A stretch of DNA of 64,000 nt from the human T2T-CHM13v2.0 reference genome, Homo sapiens: the NCBI RefSeq assembly GCF_009914755.1, contig NC_060935.1; one strand, given 5' to 3'. Both the position numbers and the translations under genes were made by a program. Positions within the stretch are counted from its first letter, which is position 1; each line of letters opens with the position of its first letter. A model generated the notes under the pieces. The model was not told the DNA's origin. It saw only the letters and a list, made by a program, of their open reading frames with translations, and did not search any database. Shown in pieces: positions 14,367 to 27,494 of this stretch.

Positions 14367-17300
14367 GTGAGTCCAGGAGCGTGAGTGACCTGAGGCCAGG
14401 GGCGCTGCCGGGGCGAGGTTGGTCCTACTGTGGGTCACCAGTGGGGGCCAAGGCACTTCAGCTGTTTGCATCTCCCGCCTAAGCAAGAGGGACGCTGTAT
14501 GGTTTGGGCTCTGAAATCCTTCTGAGAGAGCAGAGCCCTTTCCTAGTTATCCCAGCCCCCTGGAGAAAGTCTTAGGATTGCTCTCAGTGAGGGATCAAAA
14601 GCTTTCTCTTCCGAAGGAGAGAAAAGACATTTTACCCTCCGGTCCTATTAGTAGCCAAAAGGTAACACGCGGTAAAAGAACAAAATAAAGAACGGAAATA
14701 GGCAAGGAGGGAATTGCCACCAGGCAGTGTCTTTACATTGGAGTTGTCTTAATAACCATAGAGCTTCTCCCTTCCCCCAAGTGTGCCTGATTTAAGGAAG
14801 AGGAAACCAGAGAAAACAGATTAATCCTGGAAGATGCTAAGACTTGTACAAAAGTTCCTGGACTCCTGAAATGGCATGTTTCAACGTCTTGGATAAGCTT
14901 AGTGATAGGCGTTTTCTTTTGACTGTCTTGTGAACAGGTCTAATTAAAGAGCACAGAAGGCGATTAAAAGTTAGAAGACACTCTCAGAGTGCTGATGCAG
15001 AGACCCTAGTCAGAAACAATTAAGTACTGTACTCCATCACTGGCCATGGATGGGACTTTAAGCCCCATTACAGAGGAGCTATTTTTGGTGGAGATTTAAA
15101 ATGCAGAGATTGAGAAGAGTTTTGTGACTCCCCACTGTTGATCAAGTCCCAAAGTTGTGATGGGTTTGCTTTTTTCTTCCACAAGCGCAGCACAAAGGTG
15201 GACTGTTTAGTTGCCCAGGACTGTCTTTATTCTGCATGCCCTTAGCATCATATTGGCAGCAACCTCTTTCCCTTGGCTACTATAAAATAAAATAACCCAC
15301 ACAGGATGAAGATCCTTTCAAGTCTACGTGAATAGAAACATTATTTGATTGTGCATCTGATGGCAAATAAAGTAGGGATATAGGGTTGTTTCTAATTCTG
15401 AAATGGAAAAGGATGAAGAAAACTTACTCTGTCTTACAAATCAAGGCTGTAAAATTCTTGATTCCGTTCCTAATCTACACACCTTCTTTCAGGCCTGTGT
15501 AACCAAACTTTCCTTTTAGTGTAGAGACTATTTCATTTACCCTCAATAATTGATAAATTTAGTCTTTCCTTGCAAACAAAGCCCAGGTGACTTTCCCAGA
15601 TTAAAATGAAATGTAAGTTTGATTCTTCATTTTCTGTAAGGTTTGCTTGTCACTTCAGCTCATAAAGTGCAGATGGTTTTAAAGAAAACCAGTTTGCTTC
15701 CCAGTATTATAATTAGTTGCTCTAAATACAGAGCCCATTTTAATATTTGTGGTTAGCTCTCAACAGTTCAATACAAATTATGCATCACAGTTATTCTTTA
15801 AATTCTTGCCATTCACTCTTATGTTGTGATTTAGTCTTCTAGAGAAAGGAAATTTTCTAACTTTGGACACTTAAGTAGATGACAGTCAACACATGCATAA
15901 ATAATAGGAAATATTTAAACAATAGAAATCCAGCCCACAGTGATTTTAGACTGTGAACATCTCTAGAGTTCCAAAAGTACATTTGCTTTTTAAGGATACT
16001 ATAATTAAATTGAATGAAAAAGCTCTATAGTCTCTAGCGTCCAAAGATTTAATGTTCGATATCTAATACAGGGTCAAAAAGCCATTATCTTTTCCTTTCA
16101 TGAAAGTGTTGATTTTGATAGGGATAAATTTCTTTAAAAATAGTTAACACACTTATTACAACAAAAACTGGAATAATCATCTATTTCACTTTAGCTTTGA
16201 AACTTCTGCAATGCTTGTGGTATGTGAAAACTATGGTTATTAAATTTTACCAGAAGAGAATGCTGGGCTTGAAAAAGATGAAATATTTATAATAAGTAGC
16301 ATATCTTATTAATGTGATTACTCTGTAGGAATTCATTTTACTGGATACCCAGAATACCCTGTGATATTGAACAAATATGAAAAGCAATGCGGTACTATCA
16401 GTGTCATTTTGCAAAGAAGAGAATATGTTTTAAAGATCTCTAACAGAAGGCCATTCTGTGTATAATATTTAACAGTTCTTATAGGCACATGGTTATTGTG
16501 CAGATTAGAACCTAAACTGAGCAGCTTTGAAAGGACAGTTGTGTTAGTAGGGATGAGCTTATTGTCCTGCTGGGAAAAGCTGAGTAGCTCAGCCATGGCC
16601 ACCTGGGACAGTGGGTTTTCTGGCCAAAGACTTCTGTTAACTTAGTTTCTTAGTCAGTAGTCCTGTATGTGAAGCAAATGGTATTTCACATGTTTAGATC
16701 ACGCTGGATGCATTAGCAGGTGGTGGTAATTGCTAGTTTTTCCTATAGCCTTTGGGTAATCTCACCTGTCTTTTATTGTCAAACTCTTTCCAAAGTGTAG
16801 GGAATGCAGAGCGGAGACTCTTAATGCAAATATATATATATATTTGTTTCATTATATCTTTCTCTGAGTGCATTGCCTTAATACTTTGCTATTTTATTTC
16901 CAATAGGTCTGAAGTTCAGTTCTATTTTAAAGTAATCTGTTCAGTGAAACAAATGCTGCAGGTGAAAAGGTAGTCTTTTGACTGTGTTGTGAACAGGTCT
17001 AATGGTATCTAGCCCACAGCGACTATCCTGTCTTTTAAACAGAAATTTTTGAATAGAAAACAATCCTGCCTTTTAAATAGACATTTTTGAATAGCTTTCT
17101 CTTTTTGCTTGTTCCTCCTTCTCACCTTTTCTGAAGCAACTTTAGATGCTGAAGCACAAAATCCCATAATTTAATCACAGTGAACATCAATGGCCCCCAA
17201 TCAGAGTTAATGTATTTGTCCTGAAAGAAAGCTAAATGTTCAATTTACACAAAAGCCAAGCATTTTTCTCTGTTTTACTGGTAAACCCCATAGAGTTTTA

Positions 17301-19009
17301 AAAAACGAACAAAGAAAAAGAGCTGTTTAATGTCCTGGCATATGGTCTCTCCTGCTTAGAAAATGCATATAAATTACCAAAAAAAATCAAGTTAATGATA
17401 TGAATAATGTAACTAATACAGAAACTCATTTAAACTGTACACAAATAAATGTGATCAAAGAAAGCAAACATGTTGGTTTAATAGCTTTGGAGTAGAATGA
17501 CTATACTTTTAAGATAGCCTTGTTGTATAGTATTAAATTGCTATTCCAAGGTAGGCAGTAATTCACTTCAGAAAGAAGCAGTATAGGTATTGAAAGTAAT
17601 GGTAGGGTGAAAAATTCTTTAGAAGTTCTTGGTGAAAAGGGACCCATGGAGTGCTGGAGAAGGCTCATGCTTTATTCTGCTGAACCTCTGTTCCTTTACG
17701 CTGTGGTTATACTCTTGATGCCTTTGGATTGTTAACTTTTAAATGACTTAATAAGGAGAGAGACATGGCAGGGGAGGAGTGAAGGTCTATTGACTTCTGG
17801 TGGTTTTCCATGAAGCAAGAACTTTGAGCAGATGGTCGGTTATAGTCCTCCCAACAGGAGTCACCTTAGAGGTCTCTCCTGGACTGTCTGATCAGCAGTC
17901 ACACTACATGTTTATTTTGGAATCTATTTTTAGATGATACTATATATTGAAGATGCCCCGGGCTATTTGTTCCGTGAATTAAACTAACCTCAAGATCAAC
18001 TTGATTTGTAGAATAAAGGACAAGAATCACAATAAACACAATGAGAACACACAAAAAATATTTTTACCCAAATAAATTTGATGCAAGAAGCAGTCTCACC
18101 TTAACTCTCCTGAAATATTTTGAGGCAACATGGGTTTGCTTCCTAAGTCCTGTGCACAGTGTCTGCCACACATGACATTTTACAGGATGCTACCTACGTT
18201 CCTTTATTTGTGATAAAAATTGTACCTTCCATGTAAATGAGATAGAGGTATGGCTTTCTTAAGAAGATATTAACACACAAATATTTTGACTTCTTACATT
18301 GCAGTTTTGCACCTTAGTCACCTATTTCCAATAGCAGTTTTTAAAATGACTTATCTGGTGATTATCTTTGTGGATTAAATTTTCTCTGTGATTAATGATA
18401 GGGACATCTCAAATATTTGATTTGTCTGTACAGTTGTCCTTAACCAAACTCCATGTAATTGAAAGGAAGAACTTGACCTTCTAACTAAGAAGCAAAGATC
18501 ACTGAAACCAATGAGGAATGCGTGGTTCTAATGAAATAATGTTTTCTGGTGTGTGTTATAAGAAACTATGTGTGCGGCTGTTTCTCAGTGACTTCTAGAA
18601 GATTTGCTAAAATCCCTTTTACAAATGGTGCTAAATCATTTAAGTAACCTGATTAAACAGGTACTGTTTAAAATTATGGTTCCTTTTCTGAGAAATCCAA
18701 AAAGACTCTCTGAACTTGTCTTCATCCCTGTAGACATGTCTTTGATGTTTCATTATCATGCAGTAAGAATGTGCCTGCTATCAGTCAGTTATTACATGCA
18801 CCATCAGGGCAATAAAACAATAGATTAGTTATGTATATCCATAATCTAGTCATACATACAAATAATGATATATAAAACAAAATTGGGTAAATAACAACAA
18901 AATTTTACACAAATTTCTAAGTGTGAATGAAGCAAAGAGTTAATAATGCCAATTAAGTGGTGTCTGGGGCAACTTCTACTTTCCAAGGATATTGAAAAGA
19001 AAAATATTT

Positions 19010-19240
19010 TGTGATCAACCTCAATATCCTGCCACACTTACTATATGTTATTAGGTAAACTTCTTATCCTCTCTATCCAGTTTTCTGATGTAGAACACAG
19101 ACCTCCCCATAACACCTACTTGAGAAGGTAACAGCCTTCAATTGTAAGGACTGAATGAGTTCATCCGTGGAAACAGTTTAGCATATTCCCTAAGTACTCA
19201 ACAAAGGTTAGCCTGTACAGTTATTATGGTATTATTAATA
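19010..19240 (+). mobile_element. MIR
   Basis: ctgccacacttact...cagttttctgatgtagaa...ttgtaaggactgaatgag...taagtactcaacaaaggttagc. Confidence 0.55.
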
Positions 19241-19442
19241 TTATTTTTATAAAATCTTTGTGATTGATTTGGCCATAGCAGAAAAAAGAAAAAATATAGA
19301 TACAAATCAATTAGGTGACATGAAATTAACAAGAAGCATAGTCATCATCCAAAAGAAAAGAATGATTGGTAGAGAAGAGAGGAAGTCAGAGGTATAATGG
19401 GGGTTATTTGGTTATTAGGCTAGTTTTTTTCCAAAGTATTTT

Positions 19443-19746
19443 GTTTGTTTGTTTGTTTGTTTTTGAGATGGAGTCTTGCTCTGTTGCCAGGCTGAAGTGT
19501 AGTGGTGCCATCTCGGCTCCCTGCAATCTCTGCCTCCTGGGTTTAAGCAATTCTCTGCCTCAGCCTCCTGAGTACCTGAGATTACAGGCGCCTGCCACCA
19601 TGCCCGGCTGATTTTTTCGTATTTTTAGTGAAGATGGGGCTTCACCATCTTGGCCAGACTGGTCTTGAACCCATGACCTCATGATCCACCCGCCTCTCGA
19701 CCTGCCAAAGTGCTGGGATTACAGGCATGAGCCACCGTGCCCAGCC
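19443..19746 (-). mobile_element. Alu (AluSc-like) with a (GTTT)n-converted tail
   Basis: Full antisense Alu dimer. The 1-bp deletion in ctgttgccaggctg and the short gacctcatgatcc fit AluSc. TSD tccaaagt(a/g)tttt at 19430-19442 and 19749-19761. Confidence 0.93.
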
Positions 19747-20719
19747 CCTCCAAAGTGTTTTTGATGGTGCTGTACACTTTGGTGAACACCATGAAAATCT
19801 GGAATATTTAACTTAATGACTTAGAATGAGATTTAGCATAAAAGTGAATATTTGTCTGTTTGTATACCTAATTAAAATGTAATTGCTATAAATTTTGATA
19901 TGAAATCAAAGCTGTGAGTACAAGTGTCAAGGAATAAAAGTGGAAGTTTTCAAACTATATAGGTAGGGTAGACTTGAAAGTTTTTATGACTTTATTTTCT
20001 ACTTCTTCATTGATTTCATCATTTACCAGCAACATTTAAAAGGTACAAATGTTTAGAAAAATTAAAGGAATAAAAGATAGTATTGACATTTTTTTTTACT
20101 ACGGAGAACAAATTAAGAATCACTGATATAGAGGCAGCCCAACCATTGTAGTTTTGAAAATGACCATATGAAAGGGATCTTATACTAAGTCAGTTTTAAA
20201 ATAGCTTTAGTGGTTGTTGACCATCAACTAGTTTGCACATACATTATCATAAACTTTTCACAATTATGTAATAACATTCTGACTATTACATGAAAAATAT
20301 ATTTCTCTTTATTTTGCTATAGATTACTGTGTGAATGTGAATGTGTTGACAATGACATCTATGAACTGAGTGGATCATAGAAAACGGTGTAATTTACCGC
20401 TAAGAGTAGATGAAAGGTACAGATCATGTCAAGCTTGCATCAGAGAAAGTGCAAATATTTACTAAGACGTCTAAGAACTTTGCTTCATGAGTATGAAGAC
20501 AGAAGGTGAAGGTCACCCAAGTAAACAGTGTTCTCTGAGGATTCTTTCGTAAACCCTAGGAGACATAATTATACCATAGGTAGTGATTGCATTGCAATTA
20601 TGTCTGAATTGTTTGGTGTTGCTTTCCAGTGTTTTAATCTCTTTAAGTGTACTTTAAAAAGCCTACGATTGGGACACATATTGTGAACACAAGAATGTGT
20701 TCTAGTCCAAAGCCCTACA

Positions 20720-20810
20720 ATTTAGAGGTGAGAAAACTGAAACCCAGGGTGACTGAGACTTGCCCAAGGTCGTAAAGGGAAACAAACTAGAACCCAGAAC
20801 TTTCCACTAT
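20720..20810 (-). mobile_element. MIR core fragment
   Basis: tttagaggtgagaaaactgaaacccagggtgactgagacttgcccaaggtc. Confidence 0.7.
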
Positions 20811-23800
20811 ATTCATTCTGTTCTGTTATGTGAATGTTCACTATGACATAGCTATTCTGTAATTAAGCAACATGTGACTAGTTAGTACCTATGAAGAATC
20901 CAGAACTATTCTAGTTATTATGGAGTATAAAATAACTTAAAAACAAATTGTTGCACCACATGTAATCATCATAGAACAACAGGCCGTAAGACAAAGGGAA
21001 TTACAGTAATAAGCAGTTGAACATCCTGTGTTTAGTAGATTTTTGAAGAATGAGCTGGCCTAAATAAGATTCTAGGTCATTTTCAAAACTCAAAGCAGAG
21101 TCATTAATGAGTTCTCATCATTGCACACCATTTACCTCCCATAAGATACATCTATAATGGTTCCTGCTGACCTTTCAGTTCTATTGTAAGGTGATATTTT
21201 TGGTGCCTTTGAGATCTTTCCATTGAAAGTATTTCCTGTAACTATAGTTCTCAGACATTTGCTGATATAAATCTCACTTGATAAATCTGTGCTGAAACTG
21301 TGGTATTTCTCAATGGGCAGCATGCTAACTATCTTGCAAAGATGTGTTCCTAAATATGTTCATACCTGGCTTTAATATAAGGTTACATTACATTTTCTTT
21401 GGTTTACATTTCTCTACACTGTCGTCACAGTTTGTGTGATGATGTAGTTATAGATATATAACATTTTTAGGTTCAGATGGTTGTAGAATATTCCACCTGC
21501 ACATGTTATAAGCTCTTTGCCTTTGAATATGTTCTTTAACCATTCTGAAACTTAATTTTCCCCTCTGTAAAAAGTAAAACAATAATATCTAATATTTAGG
21601 GCCATTAAAATTAAATAAAATGTATTTAAGTGTGTCTCAGGGCACATAGCTGTGCCTTGTAGTCCCTCAGAATATGCTAAGATGTGTTCATTATTACTAT
21701 ACATAGATATGATGATTTAATATGTTTATTTTATATAGAACACCTCAAGCAATCAGCATGTAATTTAATAATTTTTTTTTAAATTCAAAATAAATGAAGT
21801 CCTTAATTTCATAGTTCTAGACTAGTACAGCCAAAATTATAAAATTATAATTTATTTTCTAATAAGATTCTCCTGGGGCCAGGGCAAGCGGGGAACTAAC
21901 CCAATGAATGGCTTTCATGAAGATGTGAAACATTACCCATTTCTGTGACAGAATGCATTTTAGAGAGTACCTGCAGAGAAAATGCTTTACTCTAATTTCT
22001 AATTCTCACCGATAATTTAATAACTGAAGGTCACAAGCATTTGGCATCTCATCTTCAGGTTCCTCTTTTTATTTTTTCCTTTCTTGCTTGAAAACGAGTA
22101 AGACTGAAAGTGGGCAGTGACTCGCTGTCTTCCAAACTAGTTTTCAGAGCTAAGGTATTGGTAAGGGCTAAATCAGATTCTGGGACATTCATCTCATGTC
22201 CCCTGTGGAGGATGTGACTTCTTCTGACTTCCTCCTGCCTGTCCTCCAGAGGGTTATGATGGTTTCTGACCTTCAGATTCTGATTCAAAACATACTGTTA
22301 CCATCTAGAATCACTTATTCCATGAGTGCTGATAAATGGAGTCGGGGAGTTTAGGGGAGGAATGGAGATGACAAGAGGTGTTTGTCGTGTTGCATGGGGT
22401 TAAATCCAAAAGAATCCAAGCTCAAACGGAGACTCTGAATCAGCCTTCCTTGTTATATGAATTTAGAAATGTCAATGAACATCTCTTAGCCATATTTAAC
22501 AGTGCCTCTCTCATAGATATGTCAAGAGGATTGAATAAGCTAATGTATAAAGAATAGCATCCAGCACAGAGAAATACAGCTCACTATATCGACAGTCTAC
22601 ATTATCTAATTAAAATTTTACCCTACCAGATTGTACATGCATTTCAGCAAGAGAGATCATTGAGAAAAGCTCATGTGGCATAGACAAGTTAGAATTGTTG
22701 ATGAAGAGTTTGTGGAGCTCATGCCTAACCTCCTTTATTACAAACTAAAAAAACAAATAAAATGGTATTTTTCCTTCAAGAACATGCAGATAATTTGGGG
22801 GCAATGTGGAAGCCAATTCTCTATTATCTTAACCAATTCCAGTTGGGAACACTAATTTAAACAACTATAAGGCTTTTAAGAGAAAAAAAAATAAAGAAAG
22901 ACAGTATTACCTGACCTCGTTTCTATCTGGTGCCTGAAGCTCCAAATTATGTTGCTATAATATGGGTAAATATTAAATATAGGTATAAAATAATTGTTAC
23001 AATTATATTTCCATATTAATTATTTTAAAGAGGATTCATTGTTCAAGATTACCTACAGGTGGCAGGACTAAATGTGTAAATCATAAAACAAGGACAGCGT
23101 AACATTAACAAGACAATTGACAAGTTGAAGGTCCTGGACTTCTAAAATTAAGTAATCCTACAATGGGATAAGTTTGGTCATGACCTGCAGAGAATGGTCC
23201 AGAAGAGGGACTAGGATGGTAGAAGGAAAGGAGAAACTTAGCACACTTGAGCTATTGGAATGTAGCGTGCTTGGAAAGATACTATAAGAGAGGAAGGGAA
23301 AGCACCAATCACTAGCTTTTTCTTTATATATAATTTTCTCTTTTCTAATGCTTGCGGTCATTTATTTCTGGCCTTTGAAGTAAACTAAGCATTGGGCAGG
23401 AAAAGGTGGGAAAGTCTCTGAATTATAAAAGAAACAAGAAAATGCATGAAAAATTGGAGTAACATCTTAGGAAGACACAGATATGGGCAGAAGCAGCTTT
23501 ATATTGTTGTAGCTTTTTCCTTCAGATGCCACAGAGAAAAATGTTAGCTCCTTCTGCGTGCACACAGAAAAGTGAGGGGCAATTTTTTCTTTTTCTGACA
23601 TGACAGTTTAGAAAGATATTGAAGTATATCAAATCCCTTTTGTGTGTTCTCTATATGTCTTTATTTCAGTTGGCCATTTTATAGAATGATAACCTACAGG
23701 TTAGACCAAGATTTCTGAGGACTAATCGTGTGTGTAGAAGTGCTAGCTACTTACTCTTTGTCACTTAATCCTTACCTATGACAACACATTATATTCATAT

Positions 23801-24171
23801 ATGATTCATCACTAGGGACCCCTAAGTTTTGCACTCATTAAATGACTATCCCATATTCCCCCAGCTAAAAATTGGCCAGACCCTAGGTCATTATTCTAAG
23901 AATGGCTTTATGAATGAAACTATTAGGCTGCCTATATAGAATCTAGTCTCTGTATAAATGTACAGTGAAGAAAGTAATAATCAGTACTACAAATAAGAAA
24001 GCAGAAGCTAAACCATACTGGCAAAGGACTGCATGTTTTCAATAGGTGAGACAGAGTACATTAAAAATATTCTTAAAATAAATCAGCTAAAATATTCATT
24101 AGTTTGAAAATCAGCCAAATAAAGCCTTTATTATAAATACAAAAGTTTGCCAGGTAATACATGTTCTCAAT

Positions 24172-24325
24172 TTAGTTTCTCCAAGTATGCTCCTCATTCT
24201 AATTGAATGATAATTACCTGTGATGGTCCTTAAAAATACATATTTCAGTTCCTACCCTAGACATTGAATTTTCATTTTAATATGGAACTTCCTATGTATA
24301 TGAGAGCTTAGAAACTACAGCTCTA
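24172..24325. mobile_element. MER5A-like hAT/Charlie MITE remnant
   Basis: agtttctccaag...aattacctg...ccttaaaaatacatatttcagttcctaccctagac...ttagaaactacagctcta. Confidence 0.45.
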
Positions 24326-25069
24326 GTATTGCAGAACTATAAACTCTAGTATACTTTCATCTCTTTACCATTTACTCAACATGCAAATTGTAGCTGAAGT
24401 CAGGAGAATGGGAAGATGTTGATGTTTTGGCAAAAATCACACCTTTACACATGTGTATAAATACATTTAGTAAATGAGGATCTCATTGTGCTCCAGGCTG
24501 CTTTTATCAGTCAATTTAAATGAAAATAATTATCCGCCTCACATAGCTTTCTTTAAAGGGCTGAGAAAATGCTCAAATAAATTGTGTAAAATATTTACAT
24601 GGATTTATCAGGGGGCATAGTGTATTTAGAAAATATGAGACAAAAGGTGAAATGTCTGAGATAAACTACAAAGAATTCACACTTAACTTTCTCTCCCTCC
24701 CTAGCTTTTATCACTGCAAGTTATATAATAAAGAGGCAAAAAAACCAAGACCTACACATGAAGCCATATAAATGCTTGTTCTAGGCTACTTGGGGCAGGA
24801 AATCTGAACTTTCAAAATGAGGAGAAGTAATATTTACGTGGTAAAAATTAAAGTTTTGATCATCTTCTCCCTACTCCCCTTAAATGGTGGTTGGTTTTGC
24901 ATGATGTTAAACACTTTTTTCTAAGAAATGTGTGAATTAAATAGAATGTGCAACTATGCCAGTCATATTGCCCTAGTGCCTAAACTCTGTATCATTAGTT
25001 AATTCTCCTAGAGTGAAAAAAGAAACTCAAAATATAAATAATAATATAATATTTATAATAATATAAATG

Positions 25070-25290
25070 AATAGTACTTAGCAATTATATAATACCATCA
25101 ACCAGGTTAATCTTTACAATAAACCTTGAGGTGATTACTGATGTTGCCCTAATTTTATAGATGTAGAAACTAAGGCACATGAGATTAGATTACTTGGCCA
25201 ACATTATAACTGGTAAGCAGTGGAGTCTAAATTCAAAGGCCAGGTGGCACTAGAACATACATTCTTAATCACTGTACTACAGTGCCTCCT
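25070..25290 (-). mobile_element. MIR
   Basis: ttaatctttacaataaacc...attttatagatgtagaaactaaggcacatgagattagattacttggcc. Confidence 0.7.
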
Positions 25291-25649
25291 AGGATATAAA
25301 GTGAAGCTCTGGAATGGCCTTAAATTTTTGTGTTGGCTTCATTTGTGGGTTCTAGTTGCATGCCCTTCCGCAAATAAATAAGTAGCCAAAATTTTATATA
25401 CAGTTAAAGAAGGAAGGCAAAATGTTACTTTTTCTCAGGTAAGCTCACAATTAAAGGTGACAGAAGATCCTTTCTTTAAAGTTCTAACTAAAATATTTAT
25501 TTTGTTTTTGTGGTAAAAGAAAAATAATCATATATTAGCATGGTAATATCTTTATGTGTGGAGGCTGTTTTTTAAAAAATACCAGTGAACTATGGTTTTC
25601 TACTGCCTGGCTCCAGATGTCTTCCAAGTGTTAATTGTGGGGCTTAGGA

Positions 25650-26000
25650 ACAAATGTGTAGAATCAGGCTGACCTGTGTTCTAATTATAGCTTGGTATCT
25701 TCTACTTGTGTGATTCCAGGTAGCTGTCTCAGTTCCTCAGACTCATAATTTAATTTTTAAAAATAATTTATAACAGTAGCTAAAGGTTACTGCTTGTTTT
25801 CTATGTGTAAGAACAGTACTACAAATTTGTCTAAGGTTACTTTATTTAATGCTTTTCAGTGCCTTATGAAGTGCTTGCTTTACAAAATGAGGCATTAAGG
25901 ATTACAGAAGTTGACATATCTAAGGTCACAAAATTAAAAAGGGGTAGAGATGAGACTTGAGCCCATGATTTAATAGACATAAGACTCAGGATTCTAATTC
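25650..26000. mobile_element. Two adjacent MIR fragments in opposite orientation
   Basis: Sense gaatcaggctgacctgtgttctaatt...cttgtgtga, then antisense tttacaaaatgaggc...taaggtcaca...agatgagacttgagccc. Confidence 0.5.
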
Positions 26001-26469
26001 AAGGTCAGGATCCTGAGACAATAAAAGTTAGCAATAAAATTTTTGATGGCTAGATATTTGGGAAGTAACTCAGAAACTAAGGAGCTGTTGGGACTACATG
26101 TAGAATGATGGGACAAAGAACTTGTGTCATACACACGCGACATGTGCGATGAGTGAGGGTTCAGTGCACAGTAGGTTCTTGCCCGCTGTTTGCATGCTGA
26201 ACCTCAAGACTTTCCATGTAGGAAATAGGGTCACCTTTGGTTTTAGAGATGTGAAAAGCAACAAACTCAACATTCACATTTGGTCTGTCTTGAGAGCCTT
26301 ACCATATGATAATAACAGCCAGATTTTTCTTAGAAAGTCGTTTGGCTGGAACTGTTCTTCCACTGGTAATCAGAAGATGGCACTGTGAAGTATAGTACAG
26401 TCATAACTGTTCTAGAATTAACTCATTCATAGACTGATACACTTGCCTCGAAATTTGTATCTAAAAAAA

Positions 26470-26815
26470 GTATATAATATGTACTAGATGATATATATAG
26501 TATACATATGGTATATATTATATATGGTATAGTATATATCATGTAGTATATAGATTATATATGTAATATATAATGTGTATATGTATTATGTAGTATATAT
26601 TATATGCATATTTTAATAAATATATTACTCATAGACATCTTTCACTTTTCTGAATACTTATCCTTAAAAATATGGTTATATATAACATATTATATGTTAT
26701 ATACACAGAATATATAAATATATTCCGTAGTATATATTATATGCATATTTTAATAACTATTTTAAATATATTACTCATAGATACCTTGCATTTTTCTGAA
26801 TACTTATCCTTGAAA
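26470..26815. repeat. TA-rich low-complexity region containing an ~80-bp imperfect direct duplication
   Basis: gtagtatatattatatgcatattttaataa...tatattactcataga...ttttctgaatacttatcctt occurs at 26590-26665 and 26727-26811. Confidence 0.85.
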
Positions 26816-27494
26816 GTAGGCTTATTTGGTAACACACTATCATTAGCTTGATTCCAGTAATCACTACAGTGTTTCCTCTATGTCTACCTTTCTCTCGAAG
26901 GAGCATAGACTTGCAAATTTAATAATGTATACATTTCCCCTATATATTCTTTTACTTGAGTGACATAACATTAAGTGAATTCTCAAAGACAGCTTTGACA
27001 GGTAGTGGGCAATGTGTGAGGGAGACATAATACCTGGCATTTTTATAGTGTTTTAATTTTAATTGTTATACATGCTCATAACTCCTCACAACATCTTATG
27101 TAGCAATTCATAATAACCTCATTTTATAGATGGAGAGAATTTTAGTAATGGCAGCCAGGTAGCTTAAACCCAGCGCTCTGAATTCCCCATTCACAACACC
27201 AAAGTTGCTTTGGAACCTTGAAAGTTGGGGTGCAAAGGAGGCAGAGTTACCCAATGGCTAGCTCTTATGTCTTAAAGAAAGAAAACGAAAGAGCAGAGTG
27301 TACTGAGGATTTAAATTGTGATGCTACCCATTTTTATATTTGGAAGATGAAGCCACAGGTACCAGCCTGGCAGGACTAAAGAAGATGGTGCCTATGCAAT
27401 GTTTGGCATGTTTTGCCATATTGGCTTTGGTTCTATATTGTCTTGGGTACATTTCATAAGTTCCTGTAAGTACCTGCCTGCAACCCTTGCCACC

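Larger units (their letters stand above)
13740..14420. promoter_or_regulatory. CpG-island promoter of LUZP2
   Basis: Abrupt rise in GC and CpG density against a CpG-depleted background. GC box CCCCGCCCC at about 13886-13894, CCCCTCCC at about 14005-14012, CRE-like TGACATCA at 14107-14114. Confidence 0.9.

Noticed and set aside
13866-14384. Long ORFs over the CpG island (13923..14384 +, 13945..14325 -, 13866..14081 -, 14112..14306 -)
   Set aside because: Ala/Arg/Pro/Gly-rich products are expected from stop-poor GC-rich DNA, with no recognisable domain. The 13923 ATG probably lies upstream of the TSS.
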